Position numbers and translations under genes: made by a program
Part shown: one piece after another, positions 1 to 8,581 of the stretch
Position numbering within the stretch: position 1 is the first letter of the stretch
Layout of the letters: every line of letters begins with the position of its first letter
From: a virus
Reading direction: 5' to 3' (one strand)
Virus record (IMG/VR): IMGVR_UViG_3300045911_000130
Span: 1-64,000 of that record
DNA: 64,000 nt
Notes under the pieces: generated by a model
Databases searched by the model: none
The model's input: the letters and a program-made list of their open reading frames with translations, nothing else
Told to the model about the DNA's origin: nothing

Positions 1-600
1 GGGGGATTAGCAAAGACGGGCCGGTTGGTGGTGGCGGGGGCGGGGCGGAGTATGAAGAGGCAGGAAGAGTATTGGGAGAGGTTGAGCCGGGAGAGCAGTC
101 AGGTGGCTGGGGACATGAGGGTATTGGTGGGGGGTGTGAACGGGCTGGTGGGGGATGCGCGGCAAGAGTTGGAGAAGACGGGGAAGTTGCGAGATGAGGT
201 AGCTGGAGAGATCAGTGGGCGAGTTGTGAAGATGCTGGATTTGAGTAATACGAGTCTGGCGGGGTTGAGCAAAACAGGGGAAGAGTTGAGCGCGTCAGTA
301 TTATTGAGCGCGAAGAACGTCGAGGGGATGACAGGCAACATGGTGGGGGTGACGGGGAACCTGGAGAAGATTACCGCGTCCGGCGTGGTGATTGGGAAGG
401 ATGCGGAGGTTGTGTCAGCCGGGGTGGCTGCGTGGTTCAAGCCGCAGAAGACTCCGTTTTGGAGAAGTGTGCTGGTGGGGGTGGGCCGGGAGCTTGTGCC
501 GGTCGGCGTCCGGGCATTCTTGCCCCAGCGAGTACAGGTTGTCGGGTCTAGTACTATTCGAGTCGAAAGTAGCAGTTTGGGGGATACCAAGAAGGACTAG
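1..600 (+). CDS. Hypothetical protein, 5'-truncated (helical, hydrophobic C-terminal segment)
   Basis: Frame is open from position 1 to TAG at 598-600; helical/coiled-coil-like composition. Confidence 0.6.
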   Translation, partial: GGLAKTGRLVVAGAGRSMKRQEEYWERLSRESSQVAGDMRVLVGGVNGLVGDARQELEKTGKLRDEVAGEISGRVVKMLDLSNTSLAGLSKTGEELSASVLLSAKNVEGMTGNMVGVTGNLEKITASGVVIGKDAEVVSAGVAAWFKPQKTPFWRSVLVGVGRELVPVGVRAFLPQRVQVVGSSTIRVESSSLGDTKKD

Positions 601-620
601 GCGCGTGTAAGCTGGGAGGC

Positions 621-1127
621 ATGAGTGAAGACCAGCAAGAAACTCGGCAAGAAATAAAGAGGCCGGAGATGCCGACCAACGAGCTATTCATCGTGAAATA
701 CACGGATGGAGAGATCGATGATGGTGAGGGGCATGGCAGCTTTACGGTTTACCTGGATCGCGCATCAGCACAAGAAATGCTGGATTGCGTGGAAGACGAA
801 GATGCTAAGGTTGTGCGGTTTGTGCGCGAAGATATCAGCGTTGTGCAGGCCGAGCGCCAGCGGGCCGCCGTTCGATTCTTGCGGTATAGTTCCGCCGTTC
901 CGTGCGCCGAGTGCGGGCGAATGTCTAAGCATCATTGGTCGATGATAGTCGCGTTCCAGGCGAAGATTTTTCCGAAGGGCATCGGCGGATTTATCCAGAG
1001 TCACGGCATGGTGCATTTGCCGTTGACGCCGGTTTGTCGAGACCACTTGTTGCAAGAACTGGACAAGCCGACTTACATGAGGCCGTATATCGAGCCCACC
1101 AAAACGAAGAAGCCGCGCAAGGCTTAA
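621..1127 (+). CDS. Hypothetical phage protein with Cys/His (possible Zn-binding) motifs
   Basis: GGAGG upstream; CAECG...HH and CRDH motifs. Confidence 0.6.
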   Translation: MSEDQQETRQEIKRPEMPTNELFIVKYTDGEIDDGEGHGSFTVYLDRASAQEMLDCVEDEDAKVVRFVREDISVVQAERQRAAVRFLRYSSAVPCAECGRMSKHHWSMIVAFQAKIFPKGIGGFIQSHGMVHLPLTPVCRDHLLQELDKPTYMRPYIEPTKTKKPRKA

Positions 1128-1145
1128 ATAAAAAAGAGGTTGAGT

Positions 1146-1583
1146 ATGTTGAGAATTTTGATGGACACGCCAGCCGTGTCGAATAAGTTTCTGTGCCCAG
1201 ATTGCATGGAAGGCGAGAGCAGACAGGTGAACGGAGTGGTCGAGTGGTATTGTGAGTACGACACTTTTAAGAACCCAGAAACGCGAGGCAGGCTGAAAGG
1301 CGTTGTTACGCAGTGCAGTGCTTATACCCCTTCAAAAGATATAAAGGAGCGCGAGATTCAGGATAAGCTCATCAAGCGCTACCGGAAAGCGATCAAGGTT
1401 TTAGCCGAGGTTCGCGTTAGCCAGCATGATGCTTCGATTTTAATGTGGGTTGATGCAGAAGAGGCTGAGAATCAGAGCTATGGCAACGGCTGGAGCCACA
1501 AGACCCGCGCCGCCGCTCTTCGGAAATACGAAGAGATGAACGGGCTTGCTGTTACATCCGAAGCGGAGGATGATGAGGACTAA
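1146..1583 (+). CDS. Hypothetical protein, N-terminal CxxC cluster
   Basis: GAGG upstream; stop overlaps next start (TAATG). Confidence 0.6.
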   Translation: MLRILMDTPAVSNKFLCPDCMEGESRQVNGVVEWYCEYDTFKNPETRGRLKGVVTQCSAYTPSKDIKEREIQDKLIKRYRKAIKVLAEVRVSQHDASILMWVDAEEAENQSYGNGWSHKTRAAALRKYEEMNGLAVTSEAEDDED

Positions 1584-2281
1584 TGAGCAACCAAGAAACA
1601 ATTGCACGGCGATTCGATCCTGAAACGCTACCTGCCCGAATCCGGGCGTTGAAGGTCGATCCAAAGCGCGGCTATCCGGTTCCCTGGTTTGTTCAATGGC
1701 TGTCGGACTCCGAAGGTAAGCCATATCCAGAGTTCCGGGCGATGGACGCGAAGAAGCTTGTTCGCGCTGTCAAAGAGCGCCTTTGCTGGGTCTGTGGAGA
1801 GAAGCTGGGTGTGCGCATGACGTTTGTTGCCGGGCCGATGTGCGGCATCAATCGAACAAGCTCGGAGCCGCCGTCGCATCACGAATGCGCCGAATGGAGC
1901 GCCAAGAACTGCCCCTTTCTCACCAAGCCGCAAATGGTCCGGCGGGAAGACGACCTGATCGACAATAAAAAGCTTGTCGAAACCGCCGCCGGTGTGTGCT
2001 TGCCGCGCAATCCAGGCGTGACGATGCTGTGGACTACGAAGAGCTACAAGCTATTTCAGCCGCCCGGCGGGGGAGGTTTTCTCATTGAAATGGGCGAGCC
2101 CGAGATGGTCGAGTGGTTCCGAGAGGCGCGACCGGCGACACAAGACGAAGTGCTGGACAGCGTAGAAAGCGGCCTGCCAAGCCTGGAAGAATTAGCGGCG
2201 CAAGATGTGAACCCCAAGGCCGCATTACTCGAAGTAGAGCAAATGGTGGTTGCGTTGAAAAAGTATTTGCCGCAGGATTAG
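1583..2281 (+). CDS. Conserved phage hypothetical Zn-binding protein
   Basis: RGYPVPWFV, CWVCG, EPPSHHECA and CPF motifs resemble a recurring phage family (recall). Confidence 0.7.
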   Translation: MSNQETIARRFDPETLPARIRALKVDPKRGYPVPWFVQWLSDSEGKPYPEFRAMDAKKLVRAVKERLCWVCGEKLGVRMTFVAGPMCGINRTSSEPPSHHECAEWSAKNCPFLTKPQMVRREDDLIDNKKLVETAAGVCLPRNPGVTMLWTTKSYKLFQPPGGGGFLIEMGEPEMVEWFREARPATQDEVLDSVESGLPSLEELAAQDVNPKAALLEVEQMVVALKKYLPQD

Positions 2282-2329
2282 CTCTAGTACTAATCGTGGC
2301 AAATATATCTTGCCATCTTTTCTTGAAAT

Positions 2330-2345
2330 GCTATGCTTGAGTAGC
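2330..2345. promoter_or_regulatory. Palindromic operator-like site GCTATGCTTGAGTAGC over an extended -10 (TGcTATGCT); -35-like TTGCCA at 2310-2315
   Basis: Same GCTAY-N6-GTAGC pattern at 4939, 12854 and 21514; ATG follows at 2346. Confidence 0.65.
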
Positions 2346-3038
2346 ATGGACGAGCAAGTACAGAAGATAGACACCAAGCTGCGCGGGTGGATCGGTGTTG
2401 ACCTGGACGGGACGCTGGCATATTACGATCACTGGCGCGGATCGCATCACATAGGCGAGCCTATTATGCCGATGGTTGAGCGCGTCAAGAAATGGCTGGC
2501 GGATGGGATTGAAGTGCGTATCTTCACCGCTCGCGTCAGCGACGGGAGGGATAGCAATGCCGCGATAATTCAGGATTGGGCTGAAAAGCATATTGGAGTG
2601 CGCTTGCCGGTTACCAACGTCAAAGATTTTGCGATGTTGGAGTTGTACGACGACCGCTGCGTTCAAGTAATCAAAAACGAAGGATTGCTGTTGAACGCAG
2701 GTCAATTTTGGGACACGATGCGGGCAATCGCCGTCGATGGTTTGGGTTTGACAGATCCTTGGGATGTTGATAAGCCGATGCCGCTTCCCGAAGATTGGGC
2801 GGCGTTTCCGACGATGAGCGCCAACGTCGCGGCTGTGCGCCGGGAGCGCGACGAGCTTCGCGAGTTGGTGGTCGAGATCGGCAATATTGCTGGAGCACAG
2901 CTTACCAACAAGGTTTCCCACGAGTTCTTGAAGCTGGTCAAGGATCAAGTGGCGGGCAGGATTGGATATCTTCAGAATCTTGTTAAAGAGCTTGAGGCCG
3001 AATCCAATATCTATAACAAGGCAAAGCCATCGTTATGA
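2346..3038 (+). CDS. HAD-superfamily phosphatase (polynucleotide kinase-phosphatase-like) with C-terminal coiled coil
   Basis: GVDLDGTLA (DxDGT), IFTAR and LYDDR motifs. Confidence 0.8.
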   Translation: MDEQVQKIDTKLRGWIGVDLDGTLAYYDHWRGSHHIGEPIMPMVERVKKWLADGIEVRIFTARVSDGRDSNAAIIQDWAEKHIGVRLPVTNVKDFAMLELYDDRCVQVIKNEGLLLNAGQFWDTMRAIAVDGLGLTDPWDVDKPMPLPEDWAAFPTMSANVAAVRRERDELRELVVEIGNIAGAQLTNKVSHEFLKLVKDQVAGRIGYLQNLVKELEAESNIYNKAKPSL

Positions 3039-3463
3039 AAGCTATCAGCATTGTTCAGCCGTGGGCGCATTTGATTCTGCATCACGGCAAGGACATCGAA
3101 AACCGGACTTGGCTAACAAGGTTTCGTGGCCGAATTGCCATTCATGCGAGCAAGTACGTCAAGAGTCAAGATATTGACGAGGCGCAAGACGTTCTCGATC
3201 AAGTTGACCCTCAGTGGAATCTGACTCGAATGGTCAATAGCGGCGAGATTGTGACGGGGGCGATTATCGGCACGGTCGAAATTGTCGATTGCGTGCAGAA
3301 ATCGGAATCGCCGTGGTTCTTTGGGCCATTTGGATGGGTTTTGCGGGAGCCGCGCATTCTTGCGAAGCCGATTCCTTGCAAGGGCTCTCTTGGGCTCTGG
3401 AATGCGCCGCAAGACATCGTGGACGAGTTGGTGAGACGAGTAGAAGCAGGAGAATTCAAGTAG
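3035..3463 (+). CDS. ASCH domain protein
   Basis: KAISIVQPWAHLILHHGKDIENRTW...RGRIAIHAS...GAIIG...GSLGLW. Confidence 0.9.
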   Translation: MKAISIVQPWAHLILHHGKDIENRTWLTRFRGRIAIHASKYVKSQDIDEAQDVLDQVDPQWNLTRMVNSGEIVTGAIIGTVEIVDCVQKSESPWFFGPFGWVLREPRILAKPIPCKGSLGLWNAPQDIVDELVRRVEAGEFK

Positions 3464-3892
3464 ATGCCGACATCGAGAAGACGACCGGAAGAGCCGACAA
3501 TGTTTCCCGTGAAACATCAGGACAAGTCTGACTGGCGGGAGCCCAAGCACGGCGACATGCGGATTTGGCACAACCCGCAAATCCCTGGAAAGTCGTTCGT
3601 TTGGCCGGTGGCGAGCATCGAGGAAGCCGCCAAGATGCTCGAATTGCTAGCCCACTACGATGGTTTTTTGTTGAATGAGCGTCATCGCGTTGATTACTCC
3701 AACTGCAACGGCCTTGTCGTTTGGGATTCCAACCTGGACCCGGACGAAGATGGCGAAAGGTGGACCGATTGGGAGTCGGAAAATGGTGAGAGCATCGACG
3801 ACCTGGAACCGCACCAGTGGGCGACAGCCAAATGGTGCTGCGCGAATCACACGCCAGATCAGCCCAAGCTGCCGCTTGTGGAGAATATGTGA
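3464..3892 (+). CDS. P22 gp17-like protein (often annotated 'superinfection exclusion' family)
   Basis: RIWHNPQIPGKSF..PVASIEE...LAHYD...DYSNCNGL...WTDW resembles the P22 gp17 pattern (recall). Confidence 0.7.
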   Translation: MPTSRRRPEEPTMFPVKHQDKSDWREPKHGDMRIWHNPQIPGKSFVWPVASIEEAAKMLELLAHYDGFLLNERHRVDYSNCNGLVVWDSNLDPDEDGERWTDWESENGESIDDLEPHQWATAKWCCANHTPDQPKLPLVENM

Positions 3893-4380
3893 CCATTCGA
3901 GCACCAGGGGCGGGTTTGAAGCCGTGTCCGTATTGCGGTCCAGGGCAGAGCGTGGTCCGCTACTACGACGATCATTTTAAGGACGGAACCATGTATCATG
4001 CCGTTGCGTGTGGTCGATGTGGGGCACACTCTGGCGTCCGACCACAATCCGATCCAGACGGCAAGGAAAAGGTGATCGACTCCTGGAATAACCGTCCTGT
4101 TGAGGCCGCGAAGGACGCGCAAATTGCTGTCCTACAAAGACGCATTACCGATTTGCTGGAGTCCAACAACCGCTACGAGGCTCGCTACCGCAAGGCGAAA
4201 GAGATGTTTCGGGACATATTCTTGGCGGGCGCAAAGTGGTGGGAATGGCACAAAACCGGCTTGCCGGTCGATCAGGGCGGCATAGGCGCAAGCGCAACTA
4301 TGTGGCAGTCGGATCAGCGTTTGGTTGTTGAAGAGTTCGACAAGAGGCTTGCTGATGGGAAATACAGAATCGATTTTTAG
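3889..4380 (+). CDS. Lar-family restriction-alleviation-like Zn-ribbon protein with C-terminal extension
   Basis: LKPCPYCG...CGRCGA...WNNR signature; GTGA overlap with the upstream gene. Confidence 0.75.
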   Translation: MTIRAPGAGLKPCPYCGPGQSVVRYYDDHFKDGTMYHAVACGRCGAHSGVRPQSDPDGKEKVIDSWNNRPVEAAKDAQIAVLQRRITDLLESNNRYEARYRKAKEMFRDIFLAGAKWWEWHKTGLPVDQGGIGASATMWQSDQRLVVEEFDKRLADGKYRIDF

Positions 4381-4648
4381 CCGAGAACTGGCCGATGGCC
4401 GGTTGATCGATGTCATCCCGTTGACGTTTGGCCGAGCCCGGATCGGCATTCGAGGCCCAAATCTCAGCGACGGTTCGCCGGATATGTATACCGACGTTTG
4501 GTGATACGACAGCCCAACCGTGGCGGTCGTCGCGGCGCAAGTATGGAATCCAGATTCTCAGCCGGAGCCGCAAGGCTGGATGCGGCATCCGCAAAGCGGA
4601 CGGCGCAGGCCGGATGGCGATGCTGAACAGGAGTATGTGAATCCGTGA
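4355..4648 (+). CDS. Candidate selenoprotein, 97 aa, in-frame UGA at codon 50 (4502-4504)
   Basis: AAGAGG SD; the frame continues after the UGA to EPQGWMRHPQSGRRRPDGD..EYVNP; SECIS-like hairpin; the final stop overlaps the next start (GTGA 4645-4648). Confidence 0.7.
4518..4535 (+). promoter_or_regulatory. Putative bacterial SECIS hairpin (CCGUGGC-GGUC-GUCGCGG)
   Basis: 7-bp stem with two G-U pairs; apical loop GGUC begins 20 nt after the UGA. Confidence 0.6.
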
Positions 4649-4842
4649 AACCGGAATTAAGTTCGGTCAACAAGCTGCTAGCACGCAACGGTTCAGATCG
4701 GATTCTGACAGAGTATAAATGCGGTTGCACCTGGGTAGGCAGGCGCGACGAAAAGCCGGATTACTGCGAAAAGCATGGCGGTGATGTGCTCAATAACATC
4801 GCTGTGGTAGATAAGTCGTGGAAGACTGGCTGGGCGCATTAG
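4645..4842 (+). CDS. Small Cys/His protein (CxC...CxxH)
   Basis: AGGAG upstream; last gene before the terminator. Confidence 0.6.
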   Translation: MKPELSSVNKLLARNGSDRILTEYKCGCTWVGRRDEKPDYCEKHGGDVLNNIAVVDKSWKTGWAH

Positions 4843-4860
4843 GTCCCCTCCAAACACTCA

Positions 4861-4898
4861 GCCCGCGCAAGGTTCGCCAAGCGCGGGCATTTTTTTTT
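4861..4898 (+). terminator. Rho-independent terminator
   Basis: GCCCGCGC...GCGCGGGC stem followed by a run of 9 T. Confidence 0.85.
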
Positions 4899-4938
4899 GG
4901 TCCTGGTACTATTCCGTTCAAAATATTCAGCAAGTAAC

Positions 4939-4954
4939 GCTACACTGTTGTAGC
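4939..4954. promoter_or_regulatory. Palindromic operator-like site GCTACACTGTTGTAGC over a -10-like TACACT
   Basis: Matches GCTAY-N6-GTAGC; intergenic, just after the terminator. Confidence 0.6.
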
Positions 4955-4963
4955 ATTGCTTGT

Positions 4964-5233
4964 ATGGACGAACGGACGGCAACACCTATTTTCATTGAGG
5001 TTTGGGTAAAGATCATTGAGCCTCAAAGGCTTGTTACCCCATTCAAGATGAGCTTGAACATCAAGCAGATCCTTGCGGTCTACTGCCACGAAAGCCCAGA
5101 GGGATATCAAGCGTCGATTGTGACGGTGGATCTCGGGCAAATTTTCACCACGGATTCCTACGCTGAACTTACCTCGAAAATTGAGGTTGCCAAGAATGAA
5201 TGGATTGAGCGTCTGAAATTGACGCAGGTGTAG
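4964..5233 (+). CDS. Hypothetical protein
   Basis: ORF in a co-oriented gene string. Confidence 0.55.
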   Translation: MDERTATPIFIEVWVKIIEPQRLVTPFKMSLNIKQILAVYCHESPEGYQASIVTVDLGQIFTTDSYAELTSKIEVAKNEWIERLKLTQV

Positions 5234-5234
5234 C

Positions 5235-5507
5235 ATGGCCGAGAAACCCGGTGCGTGGATTCCAGAGTTGTCGAGAATACTTCAAGCGAACAATTTGCAG
5301 ATTACGTTCTCGATTAACTGTTACAGTGGCATAGCTCATGTTTTGCCGCCGGAGGATCGTAAATGCGAATGCTGGCGTTGCCGGAAAGAGCGCGGCCTGG
5401 AGTCAAGCGAGGAAACGGAGAAGTTGGCAAAGGAGCGCTCGCAGTTGGCGCAGAAGTTGTTCCGAGAGGAGTTTTGGCGATGGCTAGACAAGAGAAATAT
5501 GAGCTAA
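5235..5507 (+). CDS. Hypothetical protein (CxCxxC)
   Basis: ORF tiling; Cys cluster. Confidence 0.5.
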   Translation: MAEKPGAWIPELSRILQANNLQITFSINCYSGIAHVLPPEDRKCECWRCRKERGLESSEETEKLAKERSQLAQKLFREEFWRWLDKRNMS

Positions 5508-5923
5508 CCGACTGCGACAAGAGGCTGGCCGCAGCCGTCCGGGAGGTTCATCGCACCTATGGCAGCAACATCCAAAAATTCTTTGAGGATGCCCGCAAAG
5601 CTATAGAAAAGCAAAGGCTAGAGCGCGAAGCCATGCAGTCCGTTCAACCTGCCGGAACACGCTCTGAGGATTATCAGAAGCAGGAGCCGCTTGTTGAATT
5701 TGAGCAATATACTAAACGCGGCGCAACGGTTTGTATTCGGCGGTCTGTGGTGGCTGGCGTGTCGGCGGTGAATGTCGAGATCACGAACATACGCGATAAG
5801 TCCGGCGGCAACTTTTACGTTGCGCATCCCATCGATGAGGTCTTGCGTAGGCTTCAGATTGAAGTTGAGCGGAAACCCATAAAACAGCCCAAAAAGCCAT
5901 TAAAACGGCCAAAAAAGGCTTAA
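5480..5923 (+). CDS. Hypothetical protein with Lys/Pro-rich tail
   Basis: GAGGAG upstream of ATG 5480. Confidence 0.55.
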   Translation: MARQEKYELTDCDKRLAAAVREVHRTYGSNIQKFFEDARKAIEKQRLEREAMQSVQPAGTRSEDYQKQEPLVEFEQYTKRGATVCIRRSVVAGVSAVNVEITNIRDKSGGNFYVAHPIDEVLRRLQIEVERKPIKQPKKPLKRPKKA

Positions 5924-5951
5924 AACAGGCATTTTTGGAGCTACAAAAGCC

Positions 5952-6356
5952 ATGCACTACAAGCGCAGACCGTTCGATTCAGTAAGCGTCTCAAGGCGAA
6001 CGGATGAGAATTTGAGGCATGTTCGAGACATTGCGGCGCGTCTTGGCCGGTACGAGGCCGATGCCGAAAAAGATGTTCGCCTGGGCGACAAGAAGCACCT
6101 TTGCCGGTATTGCTATTACTACGCCACTAGCCGCATCGGTGGCTCTGCCGTAACTAGCTCCGAGTGTTCGTTGTGCGATAACACTTTGCATTCCGGCAAT
6201 ACCTGTATCGACCTGCTTTGCCTGGAGTGCGCCAAGCGTAATAACCTGTGCCAGCATTGCGGCGCGGACACGAAAGACAGGGTAAGACGGCGGGAGCCGA
6301 TCACGAGCAATTTCAATGCAGCAAGCGACAAGCAAGACGATAATCAAGCGCGATGA
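5952..6356 (+). CDS. Cys-rich Zn-finger protein
   Basis: Four CxxC pairs; GGAG upstream. Confidence 0.65.
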   Translation: MHYKRRPFDSVSVSRRTDENLRHVRDIAARLGRYEADAEKDVRLGDKKHLCRYCYYYATSRIGGSAVTSSECSLCDNTLHSGNTCIDLLCLECAKRNNLCQHCGADTKDRVRRREPITSNFNAASDKQDDNQAR

Positions 6357-6498
6357 GGACCGCTTTCAAATTTTGGAAGACGAGGCTGGCCGCCCGGCGA
6401 TTTTGTGCAAGGGATGCACGCGCGTAAGTTGGCACCCTCAAGATGTCCAGCATCGCTATTGTGGCTACTGCCATGAATTTTTGGACTCGGAAATTTAG
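6316..6498 (+). CDS. Small Zn-finger protein
   Basis: CKGC..SWHPQD..RYCGYCH pattern. Confidence 0.6.
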   Translation: MQQATSKTIIKRDEDRFQILEDEAGRPAILCKGCTRVSWHPQDVQHRYCGYCHEFLDSEI

Positions 6499-6506
6499 GA
6501 GAAGAT

Positions 6507-6881
6507 ATGTCTCAGCCTGAGAATGAACAACTTGGAAGCGTCATATGGGCGCAAAGCGGGATTGCGAAACGCAAAGATGGTGTTGAGCCGTTTGTCCAGT
6601 TGATGAAGGACGATAGGGTCGTCGGCCAGTTTACGGTTGAACTGGCACGCGAGTTTGCAGGAAACCTTCTCGCCGCAGCGGAAGCCGCCGAATCGGACGC
6701 TATCTTTACCATGTTCTCGACAAACGAGCTTCGCATGGATTTGGAGACGGCTAGTAAGATTTTGGTGGCGTTCCGCAAGTATCGCGGAGCCAGCGGCAAG
6801 CCGAGTAACGCGACTTCGCGGAATGAGTTTGTTGTCACCGATCAGCATGTGAAGCCGGACGAGACGGAGGAAATCGGATAA
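6507..6881 (+). CDS. Hypothetical protein
   Basis: AGGAG SD; TAATG coupling to the next gene. Confidence 0.65.
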   Translation: MSQPENEQLGSVIWAQSGIAKRKDGVEPFVQLMKDDRVVGQFTVELAREFAGNLLAAAEAAESDAIFTMFSTNELRMDLETASKILVAFRKYRGASGKPSNATSRNEFVVTDQHVKPDETEEIG

Positions 6882-7807
6882 TGATGAGTCCGAAGATACC
6901 GACGTTGATGATAAGCTGCCGGAGCCGATTCGTCGATCAGGTTGGGTTTGCGGACGTGAAGGCCGACGACGAGAAAGACGCAATCGGGTTTGGGATTAAC
7001 AACCTGTTCGGGCAGGGGCCTTCGCGTTCGGCCTGGAGCGGCTTTACTGAGCAATTTGCAGATATCATCCAGCCACGGCTTACCTATCTGGCCGGTGGAG
7101 AGCAGCCCGACATTTCCGTTTATTCTCCCAATCGCCGGGTGCTGTTGTGCGTGCATGGCTACAACAGCGATTGGCTCCGTGTTCAGGCTCGGTATGTGCA
7201 GTTGATAGAGCAGATTGCCTACCGGGATTACATTGGTCCATATTTGACCCAGACTCCGAAGTCTTGGCAGACCAAGCCGTCAACAACGATTCCGGGAGCC
7301 CGGTACGATTGCCTGATCGGCTATTTGTGGCCGAGTGGGCTCACGGCGGGGCCGATTGGCTGGATTACGGCGAAGGCGCAAGTGCGCGAGGCCGCCAAGC
7401 GCCTGAGGACGCTTCTGGGCTGGTTGAACGCCATCAATGTACCTGTGACGATCTCCGCGCACAGCCTGGGCTGCGCTGTGGCGCTCCGGGCGCTCGAAGG
7501 GAACACGGATAGCTCCGTGCAGAAGGTCATCCTTGCCGGTGCGGCTGTCCCATACGATGAGCTACGCAGTCAAGGTGATGGTTTTGGCTATGGGGCCGGT
7601 AGGGTGAAGGTGGCCTATTCGGGCCGGGATCGCGTTCTGAAGTATGCCTACCGCGCTCTGCATCCCTTTACCCCGGCGCTGGGTTCGAGGGGGTTAAAGC
7701 CGGGCGAGCAGTATGCGGCAAACATCGAAGCTTTCGATTTGACCAGCAGCGTGTTCGACCACGGAGGTTACAACGATTCCGACGATTTCGTGGGGTTGTT
7801 TGAATGA
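6881..7807 (+). CDS. Alpha/beta hydrolase, DUF900-like esterase
   Basis: VHGYN oxyanion motif, YLWPS, AHSLG nucleophile elbow, D in SGRDRVL, H in DHGGY. Confidence 0.8.
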   Translation: MMSPKIPTLMISCRSRFVDQVGFADVKADDEKDAIGFGINNLFGQGPSRSAWSGFTEQFADIIQPRLTYLAGGEQPDISVYSPNRRVLLCVHGYNSDWLRVQARYVQLIEQIAYRDYIGPYLTQTPKSWQTKPSTTIPGARYDCLIGYLWPSGLTAGPIGWITAKAQVREAAKRLRTLLGWLNAINVPVTISAHSLGCAVALRALEGNTDSSVQKVILAGAAVPYDELRSQGDGFGYGAGRVKVAYSGRDRVLKYAYRALHPFTPALGSRGLKPGEQYAANIEAFDLTSSVFDHGGYNDSDDFVGLFE

Positions 7808-8058
7808 GCAAGGCGCTTTCTCATGACGAGTTGATTACATTGAGCAATCTTCCTGTCGGTAGCCAAATAACCGTGACGCCTGAGCTTAGAACGGCTTTCA
7901 TGTTTATGGCGTTCAGTGGCAGGAGTGACAGGATTTTTAGTAATGGTCCGGTTCGGGCGTGTAATAACTGCAAAGATTTGCACATTTGCCCAATCGCTCA
8001 AGAGTTTGTGGGCGAATCTGAGCGCGAGATATTTTGCTGTACGGGGCACTCCAAATGA
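7804..8058 (+). CDS. Small Cys-rich hypothetical protein
   Basis: ATGA overlaps at both ends. Confidence 0.55.
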   Translation: MSKALSHDELITLSNLPVGSQITVTPELRTAFMFMAFSGRSDRIFSNGPVRACNNCKDLHICPIAQEFVGESEREIFCCTGHSK

Positions 8059-8579
8059 AAGTCATCTTCCTGGACATCGACGGCGTTTTGATAACTTCCA
8101 AGTGCTTTGGGGCTTCAAGGCGCTACACCCAAAAAGAATGGCCTCTCTACCATGCCGATGAGGATGCGGTTCGCAATTTCAATCGCATCCTGGCGGAGAC
8201 CGGCGCGGTGATCGTTGTTTCGAGCACATGGCGCTATCACGGCATGTTTAAGGTCAAAAGTGCGCTGCAAGAGTGGGGTGTCGATCTTGGGCCGAATACA
8301 GAGCGTTTGCTGGACATGACGCCGGATTTGCGGGCCAAGTTGGATCTTCGCCTGAGGGAAGGGCTCGACTTGTATGCAGCCGTGACGCGGGGTGCAGAGA
8401 TCCGGGCATGGCTGGATGCTTTCGATAGGGCCGATGCCGGTGAGGACATCGAGCGATTTGTAATTCTCGATGATGACGACAACATGGGCGGTCTGTATGG
8501 AGACCTGATCCGAACTGATTTTTCGGCTGGCGTGACTCCAGAGATCGCGGATATGGTCATCAAGCGTTTGAACGGATAG
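8055..8579 (+). CDS. HAD-domain protein (Swiss Army Knife RNA-repair-like, HAD_SAK_2)
   Basis: VIFLDIDGVL, VVSSTWR, RGAEIRAWL, FVILDDD. Confidence 0.85.
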   Translation: MKVIFLDIDGVLITSKCFGASRRYTQKEWPLYHADEDAVRNFNRILAETGAVIVVSSTWRYHGMFKVKSALQEWGVDLGPNTERLLDMTPDLRAKLDLRLREGLDLYAAVTRGAEIRAWLDAFDRADAGEDIERFVILDDDDNMGGLYGDLIRTDFSAGVTPEIADMVIKRLNG

Positions 8580-8581
8580 CC

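Noticed and set aside
4428-4640. ORF-track 70-aa ORF (MAEPGS...)
   Set aside because: No SD, Arg-rich shadow frame; the 4355-4648 frame fits gene coupling better
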